Shown: one piece after another, positions 63,401 through 64,000 of the stretch
Position numbering within the stretch: the first letter of the stretch is position 1
Layout: every line of letters starts with the position of its first letter
DNA from: Azolla caroliniana
Lineage: Eukaryota > Plantae > Polypodiophyta
Reading direction: 5' to 3'
Assembly: GCA_043228905.1 (NCBI GenBank)
Contig: JBHGNT010000009.1
Location: 19,964,001 to 20,028,000 of the forward strand
Length of the DNA: 64,000 nt
The notes under the pieces: model-generated
The model's input: the letters and a program-made list of their open reading frames with translations, nothing else
What the model was told of the DNA's origin: nothing
Databases searched by the model: none
Position numbers and translations under genes: made by a program

Positions 63401-63671
63401 AGAGAGAGAGAGAGAGAAGAGTAGAGAGTAGAAATATAGATAGATAGATATATAGATTCTATTATCGTCTTTGGACGTCAAATATGACCTATGAGACCAA
63501 AAATATTACATTTCACATAACATGTGAAAGTGACTAGCGACTCCCGATGTTCAAGAACTTTACCAATGAATGTTACAATCAAGAGTGCACATTGTGATTG
63601 TGAGAGAAATTTTTGCAACGATTGAGTTTGGTTGAAGATGTATGGAAAGCATAGTCAAATGTGATCAACGG

Positions 63672-63900
63672 TGTCGTGAAGATTTTCGGCAACGGTATGA
63701 AAATTGTGTGCAACGAACGAAATCGAGAAGGTGCAATGTGCACGTGTGAAAGGGGTGAAGGCCACATACATATGCTAGCACGTTGTAAATAGGATTGAAA
63801 TGAGAATCGTAAAAGAAAAGCTAGTCTATGTGAAGTTAAACATGTGCACGTGTGATGTGCGCTCAATTGTAAATATAAAAATAAGACTAAAGCCTAGTAA
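63672..63900 (+). mobile_element. End of another TGTCGTGAAGAT-family element
   Basis: TGTCGTGAAGATTTTCGGCAACGGT is the reverse complement of the 51820-51849 terminus; extent uncertain. Confidence 0.6.
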
Positions 63901-64000
63901 CATCTAAGTGCATACATAGGGGTGGAATCAAGGCTCAAACCTTGCACCTCCAAGATAGGAGACAAATTAACTTACCACTAAAGCCATTATTGAGTGTTTT

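Overview
Land-plant nuclear DNA, probably from a non-seed plant such as a fern (inferred from Tcn1-like chromoviruses and an atypical legumin; not proven). The first ~24 kb is a gene island: a 5-exon legumin/11S-like bicupin (-), a 10-exon bifunctional DHFR-TS (-), an intronless Methyltransf_11-type gene (+), a 6-exon plastid 2Fe-2S ferredoxin-like/PnsB3-like gene (+) and a tRNA-Pro(AGG). From ~27 kb to the end is a nested retroelement field: LINE remnants, one intact and very young Ty1/Copia (32504-38045), decayed Copia, Ty3/Gypsy chromoviruses, an Athila/Tat-like pol, solo LTRs and hAT MITEs. Main observations: (1) several divergent chromovirus LTRs carry an antisense tRNA-like A-box/B-box module at their 5' edge, and one element shows Tf1-type self-priming complementarity and no tRNA PBS; (2) a -1 frameshift signal at gag/pol; (3) a probable conserved-peptide uORF fused in frame to the methyltransferase; (4) a telomere-repeat/fold-back repair scar in a LINE; (5) a prokaryote/organelle-type tRNA-Cys relic and a 53-bp hairpin inside introns. 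Coordinates and alignments were read by eye; no searches were run.
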